64,000 nucleotides of DNA, from positions 20,212,001 to 20,276,000 of the forward strand of contig NC_043000.1 of the NCBI RefSeq assembly GCF_006345805.1, written 5' to 3'. Below, piece by piece: positions 62,266-64,000 of this stretch (within the stretch, counting starts at the first letter, position 1; each line of letters opens with the position of its first letter). Position numbers and translations under genes: made by a program. The notes below the pieces were generated by a model, which was not told where the DNA came from, did no database searches, and saw only the letters and a program-made list of their open reading frames with translations. Origin of the DNA: Octopus sinensis (Eukaryota).

Positions 62266-63550
62266 AAAAGGATGCAACACACCAGAGTGCAATTTGGCCT
62301 CGATAAATGTGCAAAAGCTACCTCTATCAAAGGAAAACTGACAGAAACATCCAACGTTAATCTTGACCAGCAGAATGTCATAAAGGAGTTAGAACAGCGG
62401 AGAGCTACAAATACCTAAGGGTATTTGAAGGTGATGGAATCAAACATTCAATGATGAGGGGAAAGGATCAGAAAAGAATGTTATCGCAGGGCAAGGACAA
62501 TATTCAAGACAGAGCTGAATGCAAGAAACAGGATCGAAGCGATCGATACTTTAGTCATACCGGTCGTGACTTACAGTTTCAATATCATTAAAACTGGTCA
62601 ATTACTGAAATATGTAATCTTGACAGAAAAATACGAAAACTGTTGACAATGCATAGACTGCACTACCCTAAGGCAGATATAGAACGACTTTACCTCGAGA
62701 AAAGAGGATGTCCGCGGACTTTTACAACTGGAATTAACAACTGCTGCCTTAGATATTCTTACTGATAAATGGCAAGAAAAACCTCTCAATGGCAAATACC
62801 CAAAGAGAGCTATTAATGCCGATTTTGACAAGGCCCTTACTCATCAATGGTTTGTGTCTTCTGGCTTAAAATCAAAGATAGAAGTGTTTATCATAGCAGC
62901 CCAAGATCAATACCTGCATACAAGGAGCTCCCAGGCCAACATATTAAAGAACGGCAATAGCCCATGTCGTGTATATAAACAACAAAACGAGACCATTGAT
63001 CATGTTGCCTCTATGTGCAGTCTTCTTGCGCCTACAGAGTATCTTAACAGGCATGCTAGAGCGGCGCAGTATATTCATTGGGTAATTTGCAAAAACTTGG
63101 GATTTTAACATACAGTGCGACCAAGTTATAAGGCGAGATTGCCAGATATCGTGATCAGCCAAAAAGATGAAAACGAAGTAAAGATAATAGATGTTGCAAT
63201 ACCAGACGATTCGAGGGAAACAGAAAAGAGTGAGAAATATCAACCACTGCGAGACGAAATAGGAAAGTTATGAGGCATGAGGAAAGTAATGGTGATACCG
63301 GTGGTAATTGAAGCATTATGAACAGTTTCCAAGAGCTTTGATAAAACATATTAAGAATATTAGAGCTGCTGTCAGGCTCGAAGTGATCCAGAGGACAGCA
63401 TTGTTGGGTACAGCTCGCATTCTAAGGAGAGTATTGTCTCTTTGAGTCACGGGAGAAGGCACTACTTGAAACCTTTGGTGATTAGTTATTGCCTGCTTTC
63501 AAGTGAAGAACAACCGGTAATTAAGAACTACTCGAGAGTCTTTCAGAATA
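62266..63550 (+). pseudogene. Dong-like stack unit 6: degenerate A1-like copy fused at ~63100 to the RLE and 3' UTR of a different subfamily
   Basis: A1-like to VICKNL, then WDFNIQCDQVIRARLPDIVI...TALLGTARILRRVLSL* (63444). Confidence 0.75.
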
Positions 63551-63585
63551 AAAATAATAATAATATTAATAATAATAATAGTAAT

Positions 63586-64000
63586 AAAAAGAAAACAAAA
63601 ATACTCTGCAAATACAACATCACAGAAAAAGATTTACCTGAGATGAAAGAAAAGCTAAAGCAAGATATTCTTGCCAAAGCACAAAGGATCCGCCGGTACG
63701 AGAAACGCCAACGTTTCATTGAACAAAACAAAAAGTTCAACTCCAACCCCAAAAAGTTCTACCAAGAACTTGGCAAAAAATAGAATAGAAATCACTGCAG
63801 CACCAACGGCAGAAGAAGTGGAAGAATGCTGGAGAGAAATATGGCTGGCGAACGAACAACCAGAAAAAAGGAGTATTAAAACAACAAACTCAGGATCTGA
63901 GCAACTTTGGACCCCCATAACAACTGAAGAGGTCACCCAGGCACTGCAAAACTAAGCAATTGGAAGGCTCCTGGACGTGACAAGATCCCCAACTTCTGGT
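63586..64000 (+). pseudogene. Dong-like stack unit 7: pre-RT region of a longer copy running off the window
   Basis: KLKQDILAKAQRIRRYEKRQRFIEQNKKFNSNPKKFYQEL, PTAEEVEECWREIW, ITTEEVTQAL, SNWKAPGRDKIPNFW, with frameshifts. Confidence 0.85.

Overview
Repeat-saturated animal genomic DNA. It most resembles an octopus-type (coleoid cephalopod) assembly, inferred from the SINE families and dense (CATA)n/(TAGA)n/(TA)n/(AAT)n arrays. There are two 100-N scaffold gaps. No host protein-coding gene could be supported, and nearly all ORFs in the supplied track are translations of simple repeats. Real coding sequence is all transposon-derived: (i) a near-complete, very AT-rich Naiad-type Penelope-like retroelement (RT + GIY-YIG, 26392-31478) with pseudo-LTR direct repeats; (ii) many restriction-like-endonuclease (R4/Dong-like) LINE copies, one group embedded in (AAT)n arrays (a seven-unit same-strand stack at 56.7-64 kb) and another ending in (CATA)n arrays; (iii) decayed Tigger/pogo, CR1-group and CRE-like remnants. 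There are also at least four tRNA-derived SINE families, a solo LTR with TSD, a mariner-type MITE and Helitron-like ends. The most notable signal outside the ORF track is a set of minimal type I hammerhead-ribozyme motifs with self-complementary stem III: two with complete canonical cores (45423-45480, inside a 445-bp foldback; 53612-53720) and four degenerate or variant ones. All alignments, folds and family assignments were made by eye and from memory; none was computed or searched.
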